Assembly (NCBI RefSeq): GCF_037042905.1
Contig: NC_087251.1
Location: 19,034,001-19,098,000 of the forward strand
Source of the DNA: Lytechinus pictus
Taxonomy: Eukaryota
DNA length: 64,000 nucleotides
Direction of reading: 5' to 3'
How positions within the stretch are numbered: position 1 is the first letter of the stretch; the number at the start of each line of letters is the position of its first letter. The notes under the pieces are model-generated. The model was not told the DNA's origin and did no database searches. It saw only the letters and a list, made by a program, of their open reading frames with translations. The translations under genes were made by a program, and so were the position numbers. Positions 27,717-41,439 of this stretch are shown piece by piece.

Positions 27717-28212
27717 CTGTAATAAAAGAATAAACATCAACAAATAAAGCCATTAGAATGCAAACTTTAATAACATGGCAAAGTGTCATTGGTAATATAT
27801 CTATATTAATCATCACTTTGTCCATCAATTGGAATTGAAAAGAACTGCAGAATTTTAAAGGATGACATGGGTTTTTTTGAGGTGTTAACATAGTCTTCTT
27901 TTGGCAAAAGGACAAATGTTATTAAAAACTTGCAGGATTTTCATGAAAAAAGCAAAACATAAATGTATATGCATGCATCGTGATACTGAGAATCCACTCA
28001 CCATCTGTGAGTAGGATTTAACTGAAAAACTCCTCTTTTTATAGCCCTACTTTCACAGGGTGATAATTGTCTTGGAATGGTGTCAAAAGTCTCTATAAAG
28101 TGTAGTGCTTGAATCTTATTTAGAGTGATTATAAATGGATAGAAAGTCAAAGATATGGAAGGATAACTCTCATCCTACCTAGATCATATTTGAGATAGGT
28201 GTGGAAAAGTTG

Positions 28213-28268
28213 TCACCCACCGATCAGAATCATTGGCCTGTTCTGCATCTTGGCTATCTTGAACATTC
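28213..28268 (-). CDS. MOCS1: MOCS1A last coding exon (GMFKIAKMQNRPMILIGG*), GTP 3',8-cyclase C-terminus
   Basis: Conserved RPMILIGG double-Gly terminus followed by TGA. The assembled MOCS1A ORF is 1236 nt (411 aa). Confidence 0.95.
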
Positions 28269-28602
28269 CTGAAAAATGCACAAAAAATGGGAAAGATAAC
28301 TTGAAGCTCAAGTAGACACAGAAAACAATGATTTCTTCAGAAAGCTTTTAAAATCAATATTAACTGTCAGCATACCATTGTGGATCTAGATCTGGTATGT
28401 TTACATAGACCTAAATTTGTAAAATCATGAAATCTATGATGAAACTTGAGCATTCATATGATCACCCACCCAGAAAAGGACAAGTGTGACCGTGTTCCAT
28501 TACTGCTCGAAAAAGGCCTGCCAAGTGGCAGGAATGCCATGTTTATTCTGATAATTTTTCAGCAATTCTGCATTCTCTACCAGGATCATTTGGTATTTTA
28601 TA

Positions 28603-29235
28603 CAGCTGAGGCCAAAAGTTTACATACACCCACAGAATTCAGTGAAATTTGATTGCTTGCCAAACATCATAAAATTTACTACATCTTCAGAAATATAAAT
28701 ACTACCATGACAAATTTGAATCAAATGAAAGAGCGTATTAAGCGCTTTCACATGATTGGGATGCTGTTGGGATTATAGTATATTTCAGGTGGAATTTTCT
28801 TTGAAGAAAAAAAAGCAATATTCGTGCCAAATGTATTCTACTGTTTATTATATTTTCAAACATCGTTTCATAGAAATGAACAAATGTCAAATCTATCATT
28901 TATACTACATTTTCTATCATGATGATAAGTCACCATTTATTTAAAAACGTAATCTGAAATGTTTGTGTTGAGAACTAGCACAAATATGAAATGTTTAAAG
29001 TTTTTGTTTTGAATTTGTCTAAAATATGAAGATATTTTGGGAAAAATTACACCTAAATAATTTTAAGCTCCTGATGACAAAACAATGTGATGAATGGGCA
29101 TGAAATACTTATTCGTTTGATATCAAATTCGTCATGATAGCACAAATATTTTATAAGATAGAGAAGTTATATGTTTGGTAAGTGTCAACTTTTCTTTGAA
29201 TTTCCTGGGTGTATGTAAACTTCTGGCATAAACTG
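28603..29235. mobile_element. Tc1/mariner-type MITE
   Basis: TA|cagctgaggccaaaagtttacatacaccc ... gggtgtatgtaaacttctggcataaactg|TA. Confidence 0.75.
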
Positions 29236-29596
29236 TACATAAGAGTCATTTTGGTGGCAATTATATTGGATACTGCTTAAACTCATTTTGAAATGATTAC
29301 AACTGGCATTTACATCATAATTTTTTCAGCAGTGTTGTCTTTCTAATCTGATTCTTTGATGTAAATGATTAGCATTCAGGATACAATGAAACTGCAAAAG
29401 AGTCTCCTCCAATAGACAATATACCTGTATGTATTAATGGGCCAAACAAATATTCATCATTTATTAATAATAATAAAAAAATAATTGCTCTACTGCTCTA
29501 CAAGTGGGTCCTTCTCCCATCATTTGACTTACAGAATTTCTTTTTTTAAAGCAAGATTTTTAGTATGAGGATATGACCCATTCTAGTTAAAGTTAC

Positions 29597-29717
29597 CTGC
29601 ATGTTGCTTTTTCTTCTTTCCAACTGCTGCTCCAATGACTTGTAACAACTCCTCATCTGATTTGCCTTCTCTTAAAGCATCTCGAAGCGATACCTCAGCA
29701 TTACCAAACAGACACAC
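29597..29717 (-). CDS. MOCS1: MOCS1A exon ([13 protein letters not shown]...KKKKQHA)
   Basis: Third Cys of the second cluster; phases 0-1. Confidence 0.95.
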
Positions 29718-30194
29718 CTGTTCATGGAAGAAAATCATTTGTTAAAAACTACTGAAATACTTGCATCTTATTGGGCAAATGTGAATTTATCTCAGGGAAT
29801 CACAGACAAGGTGCTTCACGAAACCATGTCAAGGGCTTTCACCGATACAATGCAAGTCAATTGAGTTTTAAAATATATAACAACTTTTAATGGCCAGACC
29901 ACTCGGGGTGCCAAATTGCATCATATCATTAATAGAACTCTACAAGCAATAGCATACAAATTACACATATCATCAAAGGGATTAGTAAGAATTACACGCC
30001 CAAAATACCACTGGAACAGATCCAGCAATTGCATGAACAATAGAATGGTTTACAAAGGGAAAATATGAATGATCCAAAATTGACCCAGATGAACATTACA
30101 TTCTGTGTTGATTATGTTATCTGGTCTTCCTATCTATCCTTGCTCATTTCCTCACATGTGCAATGTTTTCAAGAATAACCCCTTAAGATCTCAC

Positions 30195-30305
30195 CTTCAA
30201 ATTACCATCCGCTGTCAGTCTGAGTCTGTTACATGAACCACAGAATGGTTTAGACATGGAAGCTATGATCCCAACCTGACCTACAAAACCTGGTACTCTG
30301 TATGC
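30195..30305 (-). CDS. MOCS1: MOCS1A exon ([17 protein letters not shown])
   Basis: C-terminal Fe-S cluster motif CxxC of MoaA; phases 0-0. Confidence 0.95.
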
Positions 30306-30366
30306 CTGCAAAATACAAAATATCACAACTCAATTCATCTGTTACTCTAAATTATACTTTATGTCT

Positions 30367-31107
30367 AATTCTCGCTACCCCAAATAGCAATTTCGCCGAA
30401 ATCCGGGAAAAATCCCTGTAACGCGCATTGCATTATGGGATAGCTTTTCGGTATTACAACTTCCTGTTTGGAAGTCCAATGCACTGTTTTGCCATTCAGA
30501 TCAACAGTGCCGTCATCCACAACACAACATCGCTTTTGCTTGAAAGTTCATGATCACAACCCTCTCTTTCACGATACAGTTTAACGGCCTTTTCTGCTAA
30601 AGTCACAAATTCTGCCCGACGCTTTCCATTGCACGGTATTCCTCTGTCAGTTAAGATTTTTTAAAGTTCCGAAACTGATTTTTTATCCATTTTGTGGTCG
30701 ACGAAAAATTGAACGGAATGAATGCTGTAGTGTATATATTTAGCGTCTTGTCGAATACAACCTGATGTCAGGCCGGTCGCTAAATGCAAAATTTCAAGAT
30801 ATTAATTTTTTGTTTTATTTTTTATAACCAAATAAAAACATGAATAAAAATTATTTTCACGTGAAATATATTTTTTATTTATATTTCAAATGGAATCAAA
30901 ACTGACCAAATTAAATACAAAGTATTATAATCTGTACATATATATTACGCTGATTGGCATCGATTTCAGCATGGTGGAAAACTAAGTATCGCGAACCTCG
31001 CGCGAGCATGACTCTGAACCGGAAGTGGTGATTACGACCCGACGGAGTGAAAATTATCTCGTCTCGCGCATTATGAGATTTTGTTCCTATTTGGGGTAGC
31101 GAGAATT
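30367..31107. mobile_element. MITE with perfect 21-bp terminal inverted repeat
   Basis: aattctcgctaccccaaatag ... ctatttggggtagcgagaatt; the outer AATT may be the TSD. Confidence 0.75.
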
Positions 31108-31855
31108 GATTTAATCACACAAAAAGTGCACTTTAAATTCCCAGACACATTTTCAGACAATTGAAAAAATGGATATAAGTTAAACCACTTCTACTGGACA
31201 GCCATCCAGCATCAGGAAGGGGGGGGGGTGCTCCTGGACGACATGAGAATACACTACTGAGCCCATCCCCACTGATTTTTGTTGGTGATTACCTTTGCTT
31301 CCCCTAAATCTTCTAAACAAAACAGAAGTTTTCTGGGGACCTCTTAAATGAAGCCAAACTGCACCGATTTTAACCATGATTTAGATTTAGTATTAAGTGT
31401 TCCCTGCTGCTTAACACTATTTTTTATATAAATTCAGTCAGATGAAATAAAATATGCATCAAATTTCTATCATGAAAACCTACATAACCTACATAAAACC
31501 TACATAGAAAAATAGAAAATGATGCATACGTTTTGCCATTTAAAGTTGCAATTTATCAAGTTGCAAGATATAGACTTCCACTAACACTTGCTTATGCAAC
31601 ATTTTGGTGACTTGGAAAGGGTATTGTATTTTTGAATATAGGTTCTTCTTTTATGCCAAAATGAGCAATTGGGTAAACATGAATATGAAAATGGAAACAA
31701 TTTTCATGCATTCACATAAACCATGATAACACCTTTGGTCATCTTTCTTTTGAAGTTCCCAACTGGAGAATGCTTTTTTTATTAAGTTAGTGATGATCAG
31801 TATTGACAACACACCTTTGTGAATATAGGGTATTGCCTTCATGTTTTATACTTAC

Positions 31856-32008
31856 AACTGATGTATCATTAGGAAGATTATCTATTGGACCAAAGTCAGA
31901 CCACCTCTCTCTAATAGTCTGAACCATCTCATCTTTGGTGAAGAGTTTCTTGTCATTCCATCGATTACCATCAAATGGCATGTACTCTATAAAACGGATG
32001 TCTAATGC
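31856..32008 (-). CDS. MOCS1: MOCS1A exon (IRFIEYMPFDGN)
   Basis: MoaA motif; phases 0-0. Confidence 0.95.
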
Positions 32009-33406
32009 CTGCATATAAGAAGGTGAAAGAAAGAGGGGAATGGAGAAAGGGAGGGATGGAGGAAAGGAAGGGATGAAGGGAGAACAGGATGAAAGGAAAG
32101 ACAGATTACAAAAGAACAGTGTTTAGAGAGAAGGGAAGAAATAAAGAGAGGAATTACACTATTTAAATGTAGAAATTCAAATGTTGCCTAAATTACATGT
32201 AGAAAGCACAGTCTAAACAGAGAATTCCATTTTCCATGTAAGAAAGAATACTCTTCTATTAAAGATAAAAAGACATCTGACAAAACATTCTGGTGAGCCC
32301 AACAAGCAAGTTTGAATTAATTTCTATAGGTATTGAAAAGTAAGTAATAAATGACATAATTGCACATTTACATACATGTAGCAAAATCATTAAGATTGTC
32401 AACAGTCGGTCAACTTGTTAATGATGTTATATATAGAAGCATTTCACACAGTTGTTGAAGAGTATGTATTAAACATTGTTCAACATTGAGGTTCTGTGCA
32501 TGGGACAGCACAGCAAGACACAAGTTTTATTATGAATTCAGCCATGTACCAGTTAAGATGAGGCCTTATTGTCATGTAAGAAATTAATAAGGAAATGAAC
32601 AAATGCTTCTAACCCACTAATGATGCTTTCCTGTAACAACACACATGTGTGTATCTTTAATGGGTCATTTTAAAAGTTCATAAAATATTAGAAAATAATT
32701 ATATGATATTGACTGGCCTTCTTCTTCTTCTTCTGGAAACAGTACAGTCCACCGTCTGGTGTATTGTCGTACTTGAGGGAACATCAAATATATTGCCCAC
32801 AAAAGAATCATATTGGCCAGAGTCGTATTGGCCAGAGTCGAGGGAAATATGGTTCTTTTAAGGGCAATATATTTTGTGTTCCCCGAAAGAAAAGCCAGTC
32901 AATATTTTTATTATCATCCAAATCATATATCTAAAGCAAAATCATGAAAATTTAGATATTTCTTTCAAGAATATGTTTCTACTGTGTCATGTTTATATCA
33001 GGGGACAGGCTCTGCACTTTACCATTATGATGTACTTGTAATTACGGTATAAGAGTGCGTCCCTAGGGACGCATATCCAGTGCCCAGTGCTGTCTTTATT
33101 ATGACGTATATTGTTGCTGTGGGAATCATTATGAAGCGTATCTCTTTCTACGCATCCTCAAATGCCCGAATGTGAGACCAGAGAAAATACAAAGGTATAT
33201 TTTGCATCGTCAATAGGCGCATAGGGACCAAGCAAAATACAAACAATGTACCTATCCATTCCTGATATTCAGAAAATCTTGGTCAATACGGTTTTGTAAA
33301 TTACTAGCTCAGATGTCTGATCCGGGTAATAATGTTACAATGCAGGCCTATTATTTTCAATTTGTACATGTACATGTACACAGTAGGCTATATACGTATG
33401 ATTTAA

Positions 33407-34016
33407 AGGACAAGTCCACCCCAACAAAAAGTTGCTTTTAATAAAAAGAGAAAAATCAAACAGGTACAACACTGAAAATTTCATCAAAATCGGATGTAAA
33501 ATAAGAAAGTTATTACACTTTAAAGTTTCGCTTTTTTTCACAATACAGTTACATGCACATCCTGATCGGTATGCAAATGAGGAGACTGATGGATAATCTG
33601 CTCACTATTTCTTTTGTATTTTATTTATATGAAATATTCTAATTTTCTCCTCATTGTCAAGTGAAACAACAATTAATTCCTCCCTGAACATGTGGAATAA
33701 GCATTGTTTAATACTTCCGGTATATGGTTCAGTCAAGTTGGTCCTTATTGTCAAATCTGCAAAAAAAATGAATATTGTATAATTTAAACAATAAAAAACA
33801 AAAGAAATAGTGAGTGAGGGACATCATCCTCTGTCTCAGTTGCATGTCACTGAGTTGTGCATATTGACTGTTTTGTAAAAAATAAGCAAAATTTTAAAAT
33901 GTCATAACTTTCTTATTTTACATCCAAGTTTGATGAAATTTTCAGTGTTACTGTTATGCTAGTTTGATTTTTCTCTATTTATGCAAATCAACATTTTTCT
34001 AGGGTGGACTTGACCT
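33407..34016. mobile_element. Foldback MITE, TTAA TSD with AGG...CCT ends (Kolobok-like)
   Basis: TTAA|aggacaagtccaccc ... gggtggacttgacct|TTAA with long mirrored arms. Confidence 0.8.
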
Positions 34017-37000
34017 TTAACAGGCTACATGTACACGTACAAGTAGTAAGATTTATTTGAGAACATATAAAATTCAGTACCAGTATTTTAGAAATTCTAA
34101 AATTCCATGTTTTATTGAAGGTTAAATCCATGGTTGCCAAACTGACAATTAACTCATAACAGATGACTGCTAAAACATTCAGTACTCAAATGAAATTATA
34201 TATATATGTTGGCTAAGAAAAAAAACCAAGAGCTTTGGGTGCTCATATCCATTTGTAAACACTGATATTGACAGTGTGAATTGGACATTATATATTTAGA
34301 ACCAGGGAAGTGGGAGGTTACCGCACATACTACCTTTGACCCATTTGCGTTACATATGATAATAAAGTTCTAAGGACTACAATGTACCTTTATGTCGAGT
34401 TTTGCCAATCATTAATTATTTGAATTTAATTTTTACAAGATTTACTATTCAAAGCACGTTATCAACATCTTGAGCTTTCCTTTACAATTTGATATGGGAA
34501 ATATCATGCAATAAAATTACAAGCCTGAAATAATCATGCGTCGAACACGAAGACACAAATGCACTATAAAATGTGCACACATGTGAGATCGGTCACAACA
34601 CTGATCTCTTTCATAATATCAGAGACAGTCCCTAATTCCCGATAGTGGATCTCTGCTCAAGGAAGAGCACTCACTCCAATCATGTGAAACTTCCTATGTT
34701 TACATACACTATACCAAGTAGAATGACAGAAGACTGCCCTAGATGGCCTAAGATAGACCTGTCCACACTATTCAAATCCACTGTATACAATGTAGCATTG
34801 AGCCATCATCATAAATGCATCATGGCATTAAAAAAAAATATGGCTAGATAGAATCTATGTGCTGCTTAAATGCATGATGTGTGAAACACCCTCTTTAAAA
34901 ATGACTAAACTTTTCTTCTTTATTCACTATTCACACAAAGTAAAAATTACAATTATGAACCATGCAACATATGATAAAATTCATTACTTAATGCAGCCTA
35001 TCAAACTATGAGTCTATTTCCTTAAAGGTAAAATTAATTGCAATTGTAAATTTATGTACATATGCCTATCACAAGATCCTTAATTTGAATGGCTATTGCT
35101 ACATGTAGAATAAATTAGGCTATTGTAGGCAAAAATCATAAATTTACAAACGATTTGAGAATTTTGCTGAATATCACGAAAGTTGGTACATAGGCCTACA
35201 CGTCGAATTGCTGGGGTGAAGGGCATTTAGTATAAAAATGTATGATACCTATGTGCTGCGGTTGAGACCCCCATTTTCATCCTAAATTTCTGTTCCTGAG
35301 CATCACCAATAAAGAAAGCCATAGAGATTCCTATTTTTTCCCATTCCGGAGACCCTTAAATCTGTTATTTCTTGTTCCAATTTTTTAATAATGCGCGCCT
35401 ATCATGGACTCCTCAGCTACTTAGCAATCATTGATCCAAGAGCTGTTCCGGAGACCCCCGCTTTAAGACAAAAAATTTAGTTCCATAGCCCCCGCCCCCG
35501 ACTTAGGCACGGCACATAGGTATCATGTTATAACTTGAGTACCTCCCCCCACCCCCTGGGGACAAATTATCACTAAACTTTTTTCAAAATTATGTACACC
35601 ACACAGCATATATCGGTATACTAATTTTTCTAGTGTGAAAAGGGTATGATAGTTGAAGGAGTGTTGTGTGCAGACGCCCTCCCAGGGGTTCTAACTCATT
35701 GGAATGCTAGAGGTCACATTGCACTGTACAAATGAGACCTTTAGCATGGCCTAGTACAAATGTAGGCTATCCTGGCAAGATGCAGTATGTAGTGCTATGG
35801 CTATGATATAATATGTGCATGTAGCCTGCAGCAATCCATGCATTATTGCAAGATAAGGAGATTATAATTTGGGGTGACATGAATTATTGTATGCGCATAT
35901 TCATCATCCTTTAAAGTTTCGACAGCTTCTCATTCAAATACATAGGACCTACATAGGGCCTATACATATATTTGTAAGTTGATCAATGCCATTTAAAAAT
36001 CACAAGTATTTCATTTTTCAATTCTGCAAAATAAAGTAGGATCTTGATTTGACATTGTAAATTCATTCCGTTTCGACATCAATACACCTTAGCTTTATAT
36101 TAAATGTCAATAGAATTTAAATGCAAGCAACCATTTGCAGAAGTCATACATGTACACTCACATGTGAATTTAATAATTTTACAAAAAAGACCTTTATATT
36201 TTGCTTTCATTCATTTTCATTTATAAAATTGGGTAGTAACCCACCCTGCCCCCCCCCCCCAAAAAAAAAAAAGTTGGGGAGAGGAAGAGGGATTTCATAT
36301 GTCTGGGAAAAGTACAAATGCATGCATGAAAGAACAGTTTACAAATTTACATGTTTTTATCTGACAAAGAAGGCAGAACAGTGCTCTCTGTATCTCTTTG
36401 CATTCATTGTACAAATTTATAAGGAGAAAAGTTAATTCCCCATGAAAAGATAACAATAATGAAACTTTTTTTTCTCAGTCAGCAAAATTTCAGAGCATAT
36501 TTACGACCATCAATGCACACTATTTTTTTATTTTTTTACATGGACTTGAGGCAGTGTGATGTTTCTCACAAAGGCAAACACATAAACAAGTTTTCATTGT
36601 TTACCAAGACTGCATGTCAAGGGAAGGAAACTCTTTATTTGCTCAGAAGATATATAGAACATTTAACTAATATGAGAACAAAATAAATAACTGCTAACAT
36701 AGATATCATTACCTTGAACCCGTAACAGAAATATAAAACCAAGTATATGAACTAGAAAACATTAATTAAATTCAAAAGCCTTTTCAATGATCCATCATTA
36801 TAAAGTCTATCACAAAGTCTACCTCAAAACTGACTTTTGATCCCTATAATTCTACAATAATCAATGTTGCTTTTAACCAATAAATCAAAAGAGTCACAAA
36901 GCACACATAATGACTTCTCAATTCATCAGAAAATTATTCAATTTAAAGGTTCTCCTGATGGCAATTTGAGGATAACGATTCCAAAGTGGATTTCATATTC

Positions 37001-38515
37001 TACAATTTAGCAGTCAGGAAGTACATTAGGTTACATCCAAATGTAGATAAAGAAACCAGCCTATGGGAATGAAATGCAAGCATCACATCCAATGTTATAC
37101 ATTAACCATTTTCTATGCATGCACAAAATATACAGTTGAGTCTATCGTTATTGGAAAAGGGAAGCAATCTTGATATTGTAGTAAAAGGTCAGGGGTTTGG
37201 AAAAACACACCAAAATAAATTGGCTAAAATCCAGTCTAAATCTTTAAAAAGGCTTAAACAATATTAGGACTTTATATAATATAGAAAGTCTTAATATTGT
37301 TCAAGCTTTTTTAAAGATTCATGCATTTTCTGTGTGTAGCTTGCTTTATCGGTGTACATATTATGTACACTGATAAAGCAAGCTACACACAGAAAATGCA
37401 TGAATTAAAGAATAACATATTAACATTAAGGCTCAAAAGCAGTTCTGAAAATCTTTCTAGAACTACTTTAATCTCTTTCTTTAATATACGGCATATTTCA
37501 GCTACCCAATCATTCAAAATGAGCTAAATTTGAGTCTAAGATAAAACAAATAGTCTATTCAAAATAGAAAAATCTTATAAAGGAACAATAAAATAATAAC
37601 TCTTGGTAAACTTTGGCATACATGTATAAAGTAACCCATCAGGAATTGTTTCATGATTACATAAATGTAAGAGAACTTCAGCTGACTGGAGCTTTAATAC
37701 CCTTGACATTGAACCATAGCAGGTGTGGCTGTCAGACAGAGGCCAGCTCTAAGAGTGTATGAACATAGTCTGTGACATGACCTACTTGCAATGAACCTAA
37801 TGGTATCCTTGAAATGTTGTGAATGGCCTCTGACAATGACATTGAAAATATATAGTCTGTAACAAAAACTGTTTCTTCATCAGCTAAAGTTTCCACATTT
37901 TCAAGAAATTGACACCAATGGCCCTCCTACAGAAAGCTTGATAATACAAGACACACTGTTTCAATAAGCCTGAGTGGGGCAATTCTTGCCTGGAATAATG
38001 TGGCATTTAGCTATTACACTTTGTGATTCATGTTCAAGAAATTTGGAATGGTTTGGTATCATAAATCATCCTGCACCAAAACCTAAGTGTGTTTTTACCT
38101 GAAAATGAGCTGGCTTTGCCAAATAGTGTGCTATTTTGCCAAAAATAAAAGATTTTAATAACTTCAAGATGGAACCTATAAAACAACACTCTAATCAATT
38201 TTCATTTCAGGTAAATTTCAAGTTTGTTCTCATGGGGATAGCTGCATAAAAGTTACTATTATAGTAACTTTTACCATCCAATGGTAACCTTCATTGAATC
38301 ATTGATTTTGATTGGCAGATGAGCCCTGTTACCAGGGTAAATTACTATTGAATAGCAAAGTAACCGTAATGGTAACTTTGCTATTCAATCAATGGTAATA
38401 AATTGCAACAGGGCCCTGATCGCAAATAACACAATTTGACATACATTAGCTGATTTATATAGGCCTAGTGACAATAGAGTGGACAAGGTAGATACGACCT
38501 AATGGCACTGCTTAC

Positions 38516-38649
38516 CTTTTCCTCGGTGAGAGCAACAAAGTCACATAGTTCATCTTCATTGAGTCCTCTCATCACAACACAGTTGACCTTGACTGGGTCG
38601 TATCCATGCTCTAAGGCAGCCTCTATTCCTCTCATCACATGATGCCATC
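38516..38649 (-). CDS. MOCS1: MOCS1A exon ([15 protein letters not shown])
   Basis: MoaA motif; phases 1-0. Confidence 0.95.
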
Positions 38650-38711
38650 CTAAGAATAACCAAAAGCATATCATCTATAACCTTTTCTAATAATCAATAA
38701 CATTCACAGCC

Positions 38712-38910
38712 GGGCAATTCCATAAAATAATCAACCTTTTTGTACGTCCGACCCCCATTTTCTCAAGATTTACTTCACTTCATAAACTGACCAAGTCATG
38801 GTCATTTGAGAGCATTACAGACTGTCTAAAGAACAAGAAATCAGAGACAGAAAATTTCATGAAGGTCCCACATATAGGGGGTCGGACATACATATTTTAT
38901 GGAATTGCCC
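38712..38910. mobile_element. ~200-bp MITE with 4-bp TSD
   Basis: AGCC|gggcaattccataaaata ... tattttatggaattgccc|AGCC. Confidence 0.75.
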
Positions 38911-40319
38911 AGCCAGAATACAACATGAATCAAACCAAATTATAATACATGCAAACATTTGAAAGTTATCCTAATATATCTTGATTTGTCTGTTTGGCCC
39001 ACTTATAATGACTTTTTCACTTTCATAAAATGGAAATCAATCTGAGTTTTGAATTCAATACTACTTCAAAGTGGATTTGATTTGATACTCTTTATGTGGG
39101 GTTTTCTTTACCTCAAGAATCGATAAAGACTTCACAAAGTAAATATATGAAAAAAGCCACACAGAAAATGAATTTTAAAAATACAATAAAAAAATGAAAA
39201 TAAGTTAATGATAAATAAAATGAATTTATAAAATAATAAATGAAAATATAGATAGAAGATGAACGAATAAATAAATAATAACAAAATAATAGTAATATTA
39301 AGATTTAAATAAATAGAGAAAATTAAAACAAAAATGCAAAATACAATTTTTGTCACATTGACCAACTGACAATAACCATTAAAGTTCAGAACAACAAAAA
39401 CCAAAGAAAAAAAATAAGAAAAAACAAGGTTTTCAAATAAAATTCTACCATTCTGTACCTGTTTATCACCACACAGACCTACACAATTGTCTAGATCAAA
39501 TTAAGGGGACCATACTACCTGTCCCTTTAACTAATGCTTTCTACATGGTATATAAGCACAATTGACCTTTAAGATATTGCAGATGGGTTTGTCAAGAAGA
39601 AATCAATGTTTCATTACATCATGTCAAATGAAATTTAATCTTACTCATATCAACTCATCTCTTTATGATTGCAAAGAGGGAAGTTTATTGAAATGATAAA
39701 TATGAATAACGAGTGGGAGGAAGATGTACTTTGCAAATTGAAATCTTCCCTCATGTAGCTCTTCTTTCATCAGGATATTTGGAAAGCTTTTCAAACAATG
39801 GTCAGTCATAACTTGTGTGTCCATTTTTGATCAATTGCAAATTGCTAAATCATTAAAAAAATCAAATGCACTAGATACATGTATACATTGGCTGGGTAAC
39901 ACACATGACAAGTAGGCCAACTAAAGATTAGGATGCATGCAGGGTTTGATACAAAAAGTGATACAAAAAGTGTCTTTATTTTATGTTTCAAAAAATTGTT
40001 ATCAATTTAAAACATGTTTGAACAAAACACATTTTCATTGTACCAACCCCGGATGCATCAAAGGAAAGAAGGGGAAGGGTGGTAAAACACTCCCTTACAA
40101 CTCTTCAGTCAAAATGACATTTCGGTAACTCTTTAAACATATATCAAACGGTAAAGGAATGATCTGAACAAACAAAGTATGCAATTTGTCATTAAAAAAA
40201 GAAATTTTCTAAGTTCACAAAAATAACAAAAAATATATTTCAATCTTGCTATTTCTTCATATCAAAAAACACAAGAATCAACTTTTTAAATATCAAAGTC
40301 CAGAAAGTCTTTCTCTCAC

Positions 40320-40484
40320 CTTTTCTCCTTGATATAAATTCAAACTTCTGTGGTACTAAGGTATCTATGCTAATATTGATCAGATCTAAACCAGCTTTCT
40401 TGAGATGTGGTAGTCGTTTGGCTAAGGTGACTCCATTAGTTGTCATGGCAATTTGTTTAAGACCCTTCAACTCCCTCAGGCCCT
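40320..40484 (-). CDS. MOCS1: MOCS1A exon (MTTNG...INISIDTL)
   Basis: MoaA motifs; phases 1-1. Confidence 0.95.
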
Positions 40485-40774
40485 CTGAATAAAAGATGAC
40501 AAAGTGAATGTCTATTGATGTTAAATGTCATATGCACCAAATGTTAGCATACTGACATTGATTCTTGCATTGATGTTGATGTATCTAACAAGAGAATACT
40601 GTGAGGGAAACATAAAACTGAGGGAAGCCATAATTTGTTATGGGAAAATTGACATTGTGGTAATGTACAATTTAAGTATTGGATTATTAAGTTTTATGCA
40701 TCAAATTACAAATGAGTTTAATAACCGTTTTTTTAATATTTTGTGTCACATACATTTACACCAACACACATTCC

Positions 40775-40958
40775 TCTGGGCGTTGTGGCGTGCGCCTGTA
40801 ATCCAAACTATGCGGGGAAGTTACAAATTGATGCAGAGGTTCGAGGTTCGAGCCCTGGTCACGTCTTTCGGATGGTGACGTTAAAGGTCGGTCCCAGACG
40901 TAAATAATCACATCTGATTGATACACGTCTGACAAAACTCAAATACACACACACACAC
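40775..40958 (+). mobile_element. SINE-like element with 7SL/Alu-like head, B box and (CA)n tail
   Basis: ctgggcgttgtggcgtgcgcctgtaatcc head; ggttcgagccc at 40845-40855; (ca)n end. Confidence 0.65.
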
Positions 40959-41439
40959 TCTGTGCTTCAAAATTGCTTGGGGAATATAATAGACTTGAAC
41001 TGCCAGTGAAATACCAAAGAATAATGAACAACTATTAATCTCCTGATCTCTGCATGGTTCAAATAATACAACCAATCAGGCAGTTTCAGTACAGTGACCA
41101 TCAACAAACCAAGTTTTAACTGCTATACAGAGGCAGATGGGAGTAAGTGGCAAAAAATGAAATTTACAGAACATGGGCAAAAATGAAATTTTCAGAAAAA
41201 AAGGAGCAAAGTGTGTCACTGTCGGTCATTCAATGTCTAAACCATACTATGGTGTCTTGCCAAAAATGTCAGAACGAATGTTCATGTACAGAATTTGGAG
41301 GTATAAGAACATGCAATAAACGTGCATACAATATGAAAACATCACAAACTAAAGTACCAGTTATTTGCTTCATTATTCTATCAGAGGTCTATGAATAAAA
41401 CACCAAAATACAAGGAATTGTCAGACAGAGTTCTGACTT

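Noticed and set aside
40775-40958. Functional 7SL RNA gene or human Alu contamination
   Set aside because: Similarity stops after ~45 nt, with no S domain, no Alu dimer or poly(A), and seamless embedding in the MOCS1 intron.
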